This document shows, one piece after another, positions 7,768-17,747 of a DNA stretch of 64,000 nucleotides (positions are counted from its first letter, which is position 1; each line of letters opens with the position of its first letter). The notes under the pieces were generated by a model. That model searched no databases. It was not told where the DNA came from and saw only the letters and a list, made by a program, of their open reading frames with translations. The stretch covers positions 32,001-96,000 of the forward strand of contig CBDFGR010000002.1 of the NCBI GenBank assembly GCA_965247115.1, in the 5' to 3' direction. This stretch comes from Myxococcota bacterium (GTDB taxonomy: Bacteria; Myxococcota_A; UBA9160; SZUA-336). The position numbers were made by a program, and so were the translations under genes.

Positions 7768-10700
7768 ATGCGCGTGATCTGCCCGAGCTGCGGCCATGAG
7801 AACCCGGTCGGCTCGCGCTTCTGCTTCGAGTGCGGTGCAGGCATGTCCGTCCAGTGTCCGAGGTGCGGCGCCGAGCTCCCGGCTGGCGTCAGGTTCTGCA
7901 ACCAGTGCGGAGCCAGTACCTCTGAGGCGGCAAAGGATCGACCGGAACGCGATCCACGCTCCTACACCCCCAAGCACCTCGCTGAGAAGATCCTCCAGTC
8001 GAAGTCCGCCCTGGAAGGTGAACGCAAGCAGTTGACGGTGCTCTTCGCGGACGTGAGGGGGTCGGTGGAGCTGTCCCAATCGGTCGACCCGGAGGACTGG
8101 CACCGGATCCTGGACAGCTTCTTCCAGGTGCTCGCCGACGGGGTGCACCGCTTCGAGGGTACTGTCAACCAGTACACCGGCGACGGCATCATGGCGCTGT
8201 TCGGCGCACCGATCGCGCATGAGGATCACGCGCAGCGCGCCTGCTACGCGGCACTGGCGCTGCACGACGACCTGGCCGTGCAGGCGCGCGAAGTGAAGCG
8301 CGAGCACGGCCTCACCTTCTCGACCCGTCTGGGCATTCACTCTGGCGAGGTGATCGTCGGCAAGATCGGCGACGACCTGCGCATGGACTACACGGCCCAG
8401 GGAGTCACGGTCGGCCTCGCAGCGCGCATGGAGGAGCTGGCGTCGCCCGACACCATCTACCTGAGCGACGCGACCGCCGCGCTCGTCTCCGGCTACTTCG
8501 AGCTGGACGACCTCGGCGAGTTCCGCGTGAAGGGGCTCGACGAGCCGGAGCGCGTACACCAGCTCACGGGCGCGAGCGCGCTCCGCACGCGCTTCGACGT
8601 CTCTCGCGTGCGCGGACTGACGCGCTTCGTCGGCCGCGACGCGGACATGGCGACGCTCGAGAGCGCGCTCGAGCAGGCGATCGCCGGGCGGGGCCAGGTC
8701 GTGGGCGTGGTCGCGGAGGCGGGAACCGGCAAGACCCGGCTGTGCTTCGAGTTCCTCGAGCGCTGCCGGACGCGCGGGATCGCCGTACACGAGGGTCGCG
8801 GCCTCGCGCACGGCAAGAACATCCCGTTCCTGCCCATGCTCCAGGTGTTCCGCTCCTATTTCCGGATCGAGGACGAGGACGATCCGCGAACGGTCCGCGA
8901 GCGGATCGCCGGGCGGCTGCTGCTGATGGACGAGGGCTTCCGCGACGCGCTGCCGCTCGTATTCGAGCTCTTTGGGGCGCCCGACCCCGACAACCCCTCG
9001 CTCGAGATGACTCCGGACGAGCGGCAGCGTCGTCTCTTCGGCGTGCTCCGGCGCGCCGCGCAGGGCGACGGCGAGCCCCGAGTGTCACTCCTCGAGGACC
9101 TGCACTGGCTGGACGCGACCAGCGAGCGGTTCCTCGAGGAGTGGGTCGATGCGGTGCCCGGCGCGAACGCGCTTCTGCTCGTGAACTTCCGGCCCGAGTA
9201 CCACGCGGACTGGACGCAAAAATCCTGGTACCGACAGATTCCGCTCGCGCCACTCGGACCCGCGGCGACCCAAGAGCTGCTCGACGACCTCTTGGGTAAT
9301 GACCCGAGTGTGGTCGGCCTGGGGGACCGCATTCACGAGCGCACGGAGGGGAACCCCTTCTTCACCGAGGAGGTGGTGCAGACGCTGATCGAGTCGGGCA
9401 GGCTCGAGGGCGAGCGCGGCGCCTACCGCCTGGTCGAACCCGTCGAGAGCCTGGAGATCCCCGCCACGGTGACGAGCCTGCTCGCGGCGCGCATCGACCG
9501 CCTGCCCGAACGCGAGAAGCACGTTCTGCAGGCGGCGGCCGTACTCGGTAAGGAGTTCCCCGGGCCGATCCTGGAGGCCGTGGCCGAGCTGCGCCACGGC
9601 GACCTCACCGAGGCGCTGACATCGCTCAAGGGCGGCGAGTTCCTCTACGAGCAGTCGCTCTATCCCATCGCCGAGTACGCCTTCAAGCACCCGCTCACCC
9701 AGGAGGTTGCGCTCGGCTCCCAGCTCACGGACCGCCGTCGCCGCCTGCACGTCGCGGCGGCCCGTGCGCTCGAGGCGGCGCGCGCCGACCGACTCGACGA
9801 GAGTGCAGCCCTGCTCGCGCACCACTGGGAGCAGGCCGGCGACCCCCGCGAGGCCGCGCGCTGGCAGCGCCGGGCGGCCGAGTGGATCATCCGCGGCGAT
9901 CCCGTAGGCGCGGTCCGGCACTGGCAGATCGTGCGCGACCTCGGCACGCCGCTCGCCGGCAAGGACGACGAGATCGCGCGGCTGTGTCTGCTGGCCTGCC
10001 GAGCGATCCTGCAGCTCGGAGGTTGGAGGCTGGACTTCTCCGAAGCCGAGGTCCGCGCGCTCGGCGAGGAGGGCCGCGCGCTGGCGGAGCGCCTCGGGGA
10101 TCACACGGCCCTGGCCACGCTGCTCGCCTCCGAGAACACGAGCATGGCTACGCTGACGGGAGACCTGCGAGGCCACTACGAGACGAGTCGCGCGGCCCGC
10201 GCGCTGCTCGCGGAGGACGCGAGTCGCGAGGACCGGATCTTGGTTCACTTCGGCGTCGCCTTCTCGACCTGGGCCATGGGCCGCGTGGCGGAAGCGCTGC
10301 CGCTGTTTGACGAGGCGGTTGAGCTCGGCGCGGGCGATCCACGCGCCGGGTTCGGGTCCGTCGGCTTCGGCATCATCGCCTGGGGCCACATGCATGCATC
10401 GCAGTTGCTCGCCTTCGCCGGCCGCTTCGACGAGTCCGCCGAACGCCTGGAGCAGGCAATCCGCCTGGCGCGGCAGCACGGGCTCTCGGAGAACCTGGGC
10501 TGGGCGCTCGGGTCCTCTGGGCAGTGCGCGCTCCTTGCGGGCAGTGTGCTCGTCGGCGCGCCCGATCCTCGCGCCGCGGCCGTCGAGTCGCTAGAGCTCC
10601 TCGAGGGCGTGGGAGACAGCTTCTCGCGCGTGGTCGGCCGGTGGTCCCTCGCCCACGCCGAGCGGTTCGCGGAGAACTTCGAGGCGGCAGATCGGATCGC

Positions 10701-11160
10701 CGCCGAAGCGCTCGACCTCATTCGCGGGGCGGGCACTGGGCAGGAGCTCGTGGTCCCCCTACTCAGCACCCGATCCGTCGCGCAACGCGAACGCGGCAAC
10801 ACGGCGGGCGCTCTCGAGCTGGCGCGCGAGGCGGTCGACATCGCCGAGCGTCAACCCTGCATCCACTATGGCATCGACGCCCGGCTCGCGCTGGCGCGTG
10901 CGTTGCTCGCGGTGGACGGCCCCGCGGCGCGGGAGGATGTCGAGGCAGGCCTCGCGCGGGCGAGCGAGTGGGTCGACGAGTCGGGCGCGCGCGCGTTCGA
11001 GCCTCACATCCTCGAGGTGCGAGCCGAGTTGGCGGAGGTCCTGGGCGACCAGGCAGCGCGCGAGCACGAGCTCCGCGAAGCCCACCGCCTCTACACCGAG
11101 ATGGGCGCGGCGGGGCACGCTGAGCGGGTGGCGAGAGAGCTGCAGGAGACCAGCGGATGA
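7768..11160 (+). CDS. Class III adenylate/guanylate cyclase with double zinc ribbon, AAA ATPase and TPR-like domains (start may be GTG 7774)
   Basis: Four CxxC pairs, GERKQLTVLFADVRGS, YTGDGIMALFGAPIAHEDHA, AEAGTGKTRL, LEDLHW, TEGNPFF, YAFKHPLTQEVA. Confidence 0.93.
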   Translation: MRVICPSCGHENPVGSRFCFECGAGMSVQCPRCGAELPAGVRFCNQCGASTSEAAKDRPERDPRSYTPKHLAEKILQSKSALEGERKQLTVLFADVRGSVELSQSVDPEDWHRILDSFFQVLADGVHRFEGTVNQYTGDGIMALFGAPIAHEDHAQRACYAALALHDDLAVQAREVKREHGLTFSTRLGIHSGEVIVGKIGDDLRMDYTAQGVTVGLAARMEELASPDTIYLSDATAALVSGYFELDDLGEFRVKGLDEPERVHQLTGASALRTRFDVSRVRGLTRFVGRDADMATLESALEQAIAGRGQVVGVVAEAGTGKTRLCFEFLERCRTRGIAVHEGRGLAHGKNIPFLPMLQVFRSYFRIEDEDDPRTVRERIAGRLLLMDEGFRDALPLVFELFGAPDPDNPSLEMTPDERQRRLFGVLRRAAQGDGEPRVSLLEDLHWLDATSERFLEEWVDAVPGANALLLVNFRPEYHADWTQKSWYRQIPLAPLGPAATQELLDDLLGNDPSVVGLGDRIHERTEGNPFFTEEVVQTLIESGRLEGERGAYRLVEPVESLEIPATVTSLLAARIDRLPEREKHVLQAAAVLGKEFPGPILEAVAELRHGDLTEALTSLKGGEFLYEQSLYPIAEYAFKHPLTQEVALGSQLTDRRRRLHVAAARALEAARADRLDESAALLAHHWEQAGDPREAARWQRRAAEWIIRGDPVGAVRHWQIVRDLGTPLAGKDDEIARLCLLACRAILQLGGWRLDFSEAEVRALGEEGRALAERLGDHTALATLLASENTSMATLTGDLRGHYETSRAARALLAEDASREDRILVHFGVAFSTWAMGRVAEALPLFDEAVELGAGDPRAGFGSVGFGIIAWGHMHASQLLAFAGRFDESAERLEQAIRLARQHGLSENLGWALGSSGQCALLAGSVLVGAPDPRAAAVESLELLEGVGDSFSRVVGRWSLAHAERFAENFEAADRIAAEALDLIRGAGTGQELVVPLLSTRSVAQRERGNTAGALELAREAVDIAERQPCIHYGIDARLALARALLAVDGPAAREDVEAGLARASEWVDESGARAFEPHILEVRAELAEVLGDQAAREHELREAHRLYTEMGAAGHAERVARELQETSG

Positions 11161-11254
11161 GCTTCATCCGCGACCGTACCCCACACGACGCCCCGGCTTC
11201 GAGCCGGTACAGGTTATGATTGGAGACGGGTTACTGAATTCGGAGAAAAGCGCG

Positions 11255-12058
11255 ATGGCACTCAATCAAGACAACTACCAGGCGATGCTGATCGAGAAGC
11301 GGGCCAACGGCGTGGCAATCGTCACCCTGAACCGGCCGGAGCGTCTCAACGCCGTCAACGGAGTGATGCACCACGAGCTGAACACCTTCGCACGCGACGC
11401 GGAGAGCGATCCGGAAGTACGCGTCGTGGTGTTGGCGGGGGCCGGGCGCGCGTTTTGCGCCGGGGGCGACTTTGGCCCGGACTCCAACGTCAGCGAGACC
11501 GGCAGCGGCGCAGGGCTGAGTCTCGAGGAGGCCCGGCAGATCGTGGATCACCTCCTCGAGCTACGAAAGCCGATCGTCTCCGCCGTCCAGGGCTATGCGA
11601 TGGGTCTTGGGGCCACGATCTCACTTCTGTGTGACGTGATGGTCGCGGGCCCGAAGACCGTGTTCGCCGATACCCACGTGAAGATGGGCATCGGGGCCGG
11701 CGACGGGGGCCAGGTGATCTGGCCGCTTCTCATGGGGGTCAACCGCGCGAAGTGGTTCCTGATGAGCGGCGAGCGGGTGACCGGCGAGGATCTCGTTGGT
11801 ATGGGGCTCGTGAACTTTCTCGCGGACGACGACAAGATCCTGGAGAAGGCGCTGGAGTGTGCGGACCAGCTGGCGGCCGGGCCCGCTGGCGCCATTTCGG
11901 CGTCAAAGGTTCCGATCAACCACTACATCAAAATGATCTCGAATCTGGTGCTACCGCTCTCCCTCAGCCTCGAGGGCGAGAACTTCCGCTCGAAGGACGC
12001 GAAAGAAGCGCAGCGCGCCTTTGTCGAGAAGCGGCAGCCCAACTTCGCCACGAGCTGA
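11255..12058 (+). CDS. Enoyl-CoA hydratase/isomerase family protein
   Basis: LNRPERLNAVN, GAGRAFCAGGDF, GYAMGLGAT, DTHVKMGIGAGDGG; ATG 11255 follows a GGAGA RBS. Confidence 0.9.
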   Translation: MALNQDNYQAMLIEKRANGVAIVTLNRPERLNAVNGVMHHELNTFARDAESDPEVRVVVLAGAGRAFCAGGDFGPDSNVSETGSGAGLSLEEARQIVDHLLELRKPIVSAVQGYAMGLGATISLLCDVMVAGPKTVFADTHVKMGIGAGDGGQVIWPLLMGVNRAKWFLMSGERVTGEDLVGMGLVNFLADDDKILEKALECADQLAAGPAGAISASKVPINHYIKMISNLVLPLSLSLEGENFRSKDAKEAQRAFVEKRQPNFATS

Positions 12059-12144
12059 CGGAGAAAGCTACGAGGCTTCGGGAAAGAGGGCGCGCTGCAG
12101 TGCGGCGCGTTCATCGGCGATCCAGCGCCGAGACAGCGTCGCGA

Positions 12145-12876
12145 TCAGCCATGCACGCCGCCATCGACGGTGAAGGCCTGGCCGGTGCAGTAGCTCGACC
12201 GGTCGCTGGCCAGAAACAGCGCCATCTGGGCGATGTCTTCGGGCTCGCCCAGCCGCCGGATGGGCTGACGCAAGGCCCACTTCTCCTCGTTGCCCTTGAC
12301 CAGGTGATCGATCATGTCCGTGACGATCACGCCGGGGTGGATCGAGTTGACCCGGATCTCGTACTTCCCGAGCTCTTTCGCGGCGGTCTTGGTCATCCCA
12401 GTGACGGCCCACTTGGTGGCCCCGTACGCGGTGGCTCCGAAACCTCCTTCCAAGCCCGCGATCGACGAGGTGTTGATGATCGAGCCGCCGTTCCCGGCGT
12501 CGATCATCGCGCGTGCCGCGGTGCGCATGCCCAGGAATACACCCGTCTGGTTGATCGCGACCGTGCGGTTCCACAGGTCGGTCGAGGTGTTGAGGAGCTG
12601 GGCGCCCTGAAAGATGCCCGCGTTGTTCATCAGAATGTCGAGCCGACCGTGCCGGCCGATCGTGTCGGCGACGACGGACTCCCACTCGGACTCCGATGTC
12701 ACATCCAGGTGTAGGTACTGGCAGCCGAGTGCGCTTGCGGTCTTCTCGCCCTGCTCGTCGAGCACGTCGCTGATTACCACCGTTGCACCCTCCCTCGCGA
12801 ACAGTCGCGCCTCCGAGGCACCCTGGCCCCTGGCCCCGCCAGTCACTACGGCAATCCGGCCATCCAACTCTCCCAT
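12145..12876 (-). CDS. SDR oxidoreductase (3-alpha,20-beta-HSD-like)
   Basis: TGGARGQG, NNAG, YGATK, IRVNSIHPG; AGGAGG RBS before ATG 12876. Confidence 0.92.
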   Translation of the reverse strand: MGELDGRIAVVTGGARGQGASEARLFAREGATVVISDVLDEQGEKTASALGCQYLHLDVTSESEWESVVADTIGRHGRLDILMNNAGIFQGAQLLNTSTDLWNRTVAINQTGVFLGMRTAARAMIDAGNGGSIINTSSIAGLEGGFGATAYGATKWAVTGMTKTAAKELGKYEIRVNSIHPGVIVTDMIDHLVKGNEEKWALRQPIRRLGEPEDIAQMALFLASDRSSYCTGQAFTVDGGVHG

Positions 12877-13050
12877 GGCTTCCTCCTTTCGCTGTCCCTG
12901 GAAGCGACGGGGCAGCGCTGCGCTCCCCATTGTAGATGAGGTGGACCCGTCCACGTTAGCTCCATGCGGTCCACCGGATGATCTCCTCGACCCCTTGGCC
13001 CCCAAAAAGATTATGCTTGCCGGCGACACACGTCGCCGGCGGAGGTTCGG

Positions 13051-14277
13051 ATGAGTGACTACCAGGAGATGAGCGAGGAAGAGCTGCGCCGCCGCACGGT
13101 CGCGCTGCTCGACGAGGTCCACCCAGAGAAGACGGACGGTGTGACGTTCCGTCGCAAGCAGTACGACCATGGCCTGGCCTGGGTGCACTTCCCCGAGGGC
13201 TACGGCGGACTCGGTCTCCGCCCCAAGCTGAACATCGTGGTGGCGGACGAGATCTCCAAGCACTCCAAGGTGGTCCACCACGATCCGCCGGCCAGCATCA
13301 TCGGCATCGGCATGGGCGCCCCCGTCGTGCTGACCTATGGCACCGACGAGATGAAGAAGGAGCTGCTGCCCAAAATCTTCTCGGGAGAGGAGATCTGGTG
13401 TCAGATGTTCAGCGAGCCGAGCGCCGGCTCCGACGTAGCGGGCCTCTCCACGAGCGCGGTGCGCGACGGCGACGAGTGGGTCGTGAACGGTCAGAAGGTC
13501 TGGACGACGGTCGCCCACGTCTCGAAGTGGGGCATGTTGCTCGCGCGCACCAACCCCGACGTGGCCAAGCACGACGGCATGTCGTACTTCGTGCTCGACA
13601 TGCACGCGCCCGGCGTCGAGGTGCGGCCCCTGTACCAGATCACGGGATCGGCGGAGTTCAACGAGGTCTTCTTCAACGACGTGCGCATCCCGAACGAGCG
13701 CATGCTCGGCAAGGAGGGCCAGGGCTGGCGCGTCGCCATCACCACGCTGATGAACGAGCGCGTGGCCATCGGCGGCGGCGGGTCCAAGAAGAAGGGGGGC
13801 GGCACCACCCAGCTGATCAAGCTGTGGGAGGAGCGCAAGAAGGCCGCGTTCTCGGCAGCTCAGGAGGCGCTGCTGCGCGATCGCGTGACGCAGCTCTACA
13901 TCGAGAACGAGCTACTGCGCATCACCTCGCAGCGAGCGCGCGCCGCTCAACGTGCGGGTAACCCGGGCCCCGAGGGGTCCGTCTCCAAGCTCGCTCAGGC
14001 CGAGATCAACAAGCGCATGTGGGAGACCGGGCTCGATATCCTGGGCGCGGACGGCCTGGCCTTCGAGGCGGGCTACGACCGGCGCCAGGGCGCATTCAGC
14101 AGCGGCGGCTCCACCGTCGGCCTGGCCAAGTACCAGTTCCTGCGCTCGCGGGCCAACTCGATCGAGGGCGGGACGTCCGAGATCATGCGTAACATCCTGG
14201 GCGAGCGGGTGCTCGGACTCCCGGGCGAGCCGCGCGTCGACAAGGACGTGCCCTGGAAGGACGTGCCGCGCTCGTAG
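13051..14277 (+). CDS. Acyl-CoA dehydrogenase (subunit of a likely heteromeric pair)
   Basis: WCQMFSEPSAGSDVAGL, NGQKVWTT, EFNEVFFNDVRIP, TLMNER, SIEGGTSEIMRNILGERVLGLP. Confidence 0.93.
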   Translation: MSDYQEMSEEELRRRTVALLDEVHPEKTDGVTFRRKQYDHGLAWVHFPEGYGGLGLRPKLNIVVADEISKHSKVVHHDPPASIIGIGMGAPVVLTYGTDEMKKELLPKIFSGEEIWCQMFSEPSAGSDVAGLSTSAVRDGDEWVVNGQKVWTTVAHVSKWGMLLARTNPDVAKHDGMSYFVLDMHAPGVEVRPLYQITGSAEFNEVFFNDVRIPNERMLGKEGQGWRVAITTLMNERVAIGGGGSKKKGGGTTQLIKLWEERKKAAFSAAQEALLRDRVTQLYIENELLRITSQRARAAQRAGNPGPEGSVSKLAQAEINKRMWETGLDILGADGLAFEAGYDRRQGAFSSGGSTVGLAKYQFLRSRANSIEGGTSEIMRNILGERVLGLPGEPRVDKDVPWKDVPRS

Positions 14278-14296
14278 CGGCGGTGGAGAAACGAGC

Positions 14297-15415
14297 ATGG
14301 CATTCGACTTCGAGTTCACTGATGAGCACGACGAGCTGCGCGCCACGATACGCGCGTTCCTCGCCGACAAGTCCAACGAGGCCATCGTGCGCGAGCAGAT
14401 GACGACCGACCGCGGATGGGACCCCGACACCTGGAGCCAGATGGCCGAGGAGCTCGGACTCGCGGGACTGATCATCCCCGAGGAGCACGGCGGCGCGGGC
14501 TACACCTACGTGGAGCTGCTGATCGCCATGGAGGAAATGGGGCGCGCTCTGGCCTGCGCTCCCTTCCTTGGCAACGCCGTGTTCGCCGCTAACACGCTCC
14601 AGCTCTGCGCGGACCGCGCCACGCAGGAGGACCTGCTCGCCGGAATCGCCGCGGGACGTAGCGTCGTCTCGGTCGCCTGGGCCGAGCCGAACGGACGCTG
14701 GGACCCGGGCAGCATCGAGATGCGTGCGCGCGCCAAGGGGGACGGTTTCGAGCTGGAGGGCCGCAAGGCCTGGGTGCTCGACGGGCACGTGGCCGACACC
14801 CTGCTCGTCGCCGCTCGCACCGACGCCGGCCTGGGGCTGTTCCGTGTCGAGGCGAACGCCGAGGGGCTCACGCGCGAGCTCGTACCGTCGCTCGACCTCA
14901 CCCGCAAGCTCGCCCACCTGGAGCTCGCGGCGACGCCAGCTCGGCGGGTAAGCGAGGGAGATCAGACCGGAAATCTCGGGCGCGCACTCGCCCTGACCAC
15001 GGCCGCGCTGGCCGCCGAGCAGGTGGGGGGCGCACAGATGTGTCTCGAGATGGCGACCGACTACGCCAAGACGCGCCTGCAGTTCGGACGCCCGATCGGG
15101 TCGTACCAGGCGATCAAGCACAAGTGCGCCGACATGCTGGTCGAGGTGGAGTTCGCCAAGTCCGCCGCGTACAACGCCTGCTTTGCCGCCGCCAACGACG
15201 AAGAGGACTTCCTCGAAGCCGCGGCCCTGGCCAAGTCCTACTGCTCCGAGGCGTACTTTCACGCCGCCGCCGACAACATCCAGATCCACGGCGGCATGGG
15301 CTTCACGTGGGAGCACCCGGCGCACCTCTACTTCAAGCGCGCCAAGGCGAGCGAGATCCTGTTCGGCGACGCCGCCCACCACCGTGAGGTGCTAGCGGGT
15401 CTAGTGGGTATCTAG
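14297..15415 (+). CDS. Acyl-CoA dehydrogenase (partner subunit)
   Basis: EEMGRAL, YAKTRLQFGRPIGSYQAIKHKCADM, IQIHGGMGFTWEHPAHLYFKRA. Confidence 0.93.
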   Translation: MAFDFEFTDEHDELRATIRAFLADKSNEAIVREQMTTDRGWDPDTWSQMAEELGLAGLIIPEEHGGAGYTYVELLIAMEEMGRALACAPFLGNAVFAANTLQLCADRATQEDLLAGIAAGRSVVSVAWAEPNGRWDPGSIEMRARAKGDGFELEGRKAWVLDGHVADTLLVAARTDAGLGLFRVEANAEGLTRELVPSLDLTRKLAHLELAATPARRVSEGDQTGNLGRALALTTAALAAEQVGGAQMCLEMATDYAKTRLQFGRPIGSYQAIKHKCADMLVEVEFAKSAAYNACFAAANDEEDFLEAAALAKSYCSEAYFHAAADNIQIHGGMGFTWEHPAHLYFKRAKASEILFGDAAHHREVLAGLVGI

Positions 15416-15460
15416 CGCCCTACTTCCCCCTCGGGCGGATGCGCTCTGACGCCCGAGCGA

Positions 15461-16936
15461 CTAGGAGCGGATGGTCAGTGCGCTCTCGCCGTCGATGCTC
15501 GCGCTGCGGCCACAGAATTCCTCCTGGGTCATGGCCGACATCAATTCGATGTCAGTCGTGTTCGCCCAAGTGCGACTTCCGTCAGCGGTCAGGCATGCGA
15601 CGTGTCCCATGACGGGTCCGTCGGCATCGAACATCACGGTATAGGATTCCACCGTTACGTTGCCTCTGAATTCCGACACGCATTCGCGCGCCGGTAGCGC
15701 ATCGATCTCGTCCTGAACGTTCTCGCAGCGAAACTCGTGTTCCGGTGGCTCGCTCGCATAAACACCGTGTGCATGTTTGTACAGATTGCCACCGTTAGCG
15801 GTAATCAGCCCCCGCTTGCCCGGATGCTCCCGCAGAAGCTCGGTCATTCGGGCGATGGCGTGCATGACGTAGTTGTTGATGGGGCCGCCGCCGAAGGTCA
15901 GTCCCCCGGTCACGGTCAGCTGATCGGTTTCCGAGAGTCCCAGCTCCATGGCGGCCACCTGAACGGCCGAAGGGAAACAGCTGTACAGGTCGACGAACGC
16001 AAGGTCCCTGGCCTCGATCTGCGCCAACTCGAGAACGCGACGCCCTACGAATCTGATCCCCGGCGAGGTGTAGAAATTGTCGCGCACCGAGGCGGAGAAA
16101 CGATCATATCCTTCCGCGCCGGCATGCGGGTACACCCACAGCTCCTCGGCAATGCCCAGCTGCTTGGCTTTGCGCGTCGAGCACACGATCAAGGCCGCGG
16201 CCATGTCCACGGAATTGTTGGCGTTCATCAGCTTGGTGTAGGGGAAACTCACTCGGCGATTTGCGGGCGCGGGCGTGCGGATTTCCTCGGCCGACACCTT
16301 CTGGCGGATCCACGCATGCGGATTGCCCTGAGCCACGGCGTTGAAGCGAGACCAGAGCTCCGAGATACGTACCAGATGCTCATCGATGGTCTCGCCACGG
16401 TGATGGCGAATGGCGTTGTCGTACATGGGGTACACCTGGATTGCCTGTCGAATACCCTTGGCGACCTCGAACTCGTGATGCTCGGGGTTCTGCGCAGAGC
16501 CAAACAGCAAATCGTACTGCCCCGGTGCATCGCGCTCGGACAAGGCGACTCCCGCCCGCCGTGCCTTGCCAGAGCTGTACCCATTCTCTGCGCCGGTGAT
16601 CAGCGCCAGGTCCAGCTCGCCAGCGAGAATCGACGCCGCGGTCTGGTTCATGAGCGCCTGGTTCTGATTGCCACCCACCAGCGTGCCCACGGTCTGCGCG
16701 CCCGGAGCGCCGATCCTGCCCGCGATCAGCTTGGCCGGATTGGCGTAGCGCCACATGCCGCGCACGACGCGCACGGACTGCGCTTGTTGGAGCACGCCGC
16801 CGACCCCGGTGTCCTTCTCGGCCCGGTTGCACGCTTCGAGCATCATGTCCACGGGCTCCAAGGCGTCGTCAAGGCTTTCGATGCGCTGGCCGAACTGGCC
16901 TACGCCGACCAGAACCGGTGTGTTTGGACTGGTCAC
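15461..16936 (-). CDS. Thiolase-like (acetyl-CoA acetyltransferase-like) protein
   Basis: TPVLVGVGQ, FPYTKLMNAN, VDLYSCFPSAVQ, LTVTGGLTFGGGPINNYVMHAIA, VESYTV. Confidence 0.85.
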   Translation of the reverse strand: MTSPNTPVLVGVGQFGQRIESLDDALEPVDMMLEACNRAEKDTGVGGVLQQAQSVRVVRGMWRYANPAKLIAGRIGAPGAQTVGTLVGGNQNQALMNQTAASILAGELDLALITGAENGYSSGKARRAGVALSERDAPGQYDLLFGSAQNPEHHEFEVAKGIRQAIQVYPMYDNAIRHHRGETIDEHLVRISELWSRFNAVAQGNPHAWIRQKVSAEEIRTPAPANRRVSFPYTKLMNANNSVDMAAALIVCSTRKAKQLGIAEELWVYPHAGAEGYDRFSASVRDNFYTSPGIRFVGRRVLELAQIEARDLAFVDLYSCFPSAVQVAAMELGLSETDQLTVTGGLTFGGGPINNYVMHAIARMTELLREHPGKRGLITANGGNLYKHAHGVYASEPPEHEFRCENVQDEIDALPARECVSEFRGNVTVESYTVMFDADGPVMGHVACLTADGSRTWANTTDIELMSAMTQEEFCGRSASIDGESALTIRS

Positions 16937-16968
16937 TGGTTCACCTCGCCGCGTCCTGCGGAACTACG

Positions 16969-17745
16969 TCAGTCCTCTTCGACCCAAGATGGTTTGCGTT
17001 TCTCGCGAAACGCAGCCATGCCCTCCGCGGCCTCCTCGGAGCGGAACATGCGCCCACTCCATTCGGCGGTCTCCTTGAAGCCCTCCTCGATGGAGAGCTG
17101 CGGCACCCGACGGACCAGCTTCTTGCATTCGACCACAGCGGTCGGGCCGCCGAGATTGATCATCTCGATTTCCGCCTCGACCGCGGAAACGAGCTGGCCG
17201 GCCGGTACCGCCCGGTGTGCCAGGCCCATCTCGACTGCTCGAGTTCCCGTGAAGCGTTCACCCGTGACGAAGAGTTTCATACCGTAGTGGGTGCCGAGCT
17301 TGCGAAGACAGACCACGGAGATCACCGCAGGAATGACGCCAATTCGCACCTCGCTGAAGCTGAACACCGCCTTGTCGACAGCGATGACGATATCCGCAGC
17401 GCCAACGAGGCCGAGGCCACCGGCAAACGCGGGGCCGTTTACGGCGGCTATCACGGGCTTGTCGCTCTCCATGATCTGGGTGAGCACGTCCGGATAGGGG
17501 ACAACTCGCCGGCCCTCGATGGCCTGCCCAGGCGGGCTCTTGAGATCGGCGCCGGCACAGAATGCCGGACCCGTGCCCGTGATGACGATACAGCGTATCC
17601 CCGGATCTTCGTTCGCGGCCAACAGGTGCTCGTACAGTTCACTCACGAGAACTGAGGAGAGGGCATTGCGGTTCGCAGGTCGGTTGAGGGTGATCCACGC
17701 TGCGCCGTCCTTGATATCGTACAGAGTCGCTTCCGTGGTAGGCAC
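16969..17745 (-). CDS. Enoyl-CoA hydratase (methylglutaconyl/isohexenylglutaconyl-CoA hydratase-like)
   Basis: LNRPANRNALS, FCAGADLK, AFAGGLGL, FSFSEVRIGVIPAVIS; follows the carboxylase genes. Confidence 0.88.
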   Translation of the reverse strand: MPTTEATLYDIKDGAAWITLNRPANRNALSSVLVSELYEHLLAANEDPGIRCIVITGTGPAFCAGADLKSPPGQAIEGRRVVPYPDVLTQIMESDKPVIAAVNGPAFAGGLGLVGAADIVIAVDKAVFSFSEVRIGVIPAVISVVCLRKLGTHYGMKLFVTGERFTGTRAVEMGLAHRAVPAGQLVSAVEAEIEMINLGGPTAVVECKKLVRRVPQLSIEEGFKETAEWSGRMFRSEEAAEGMAAFREKRKPSWVEED

Positions 17746-17747
17746 GT

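Noticed and set aside
10868..11254. 129-aa N-terminal extension of the enoyl-CoA hydratase in the ORF track
   Set aside because: It overlaps the cyclase gene in another frame; the RBS and family similarity start at 11255
12877..13605. 486-aa version of the SDR
   Set aside because: The extension is mostly antisense to the acyl-CoA dehydrogenase; there is a strong RBS at the 12876 start
15737..17287. 516-aa + strand ORF
   Set aside because: Antisense shadow of the thiolase-like and hydratase genes, expected in high-GC DNA, with no recognisable motifs
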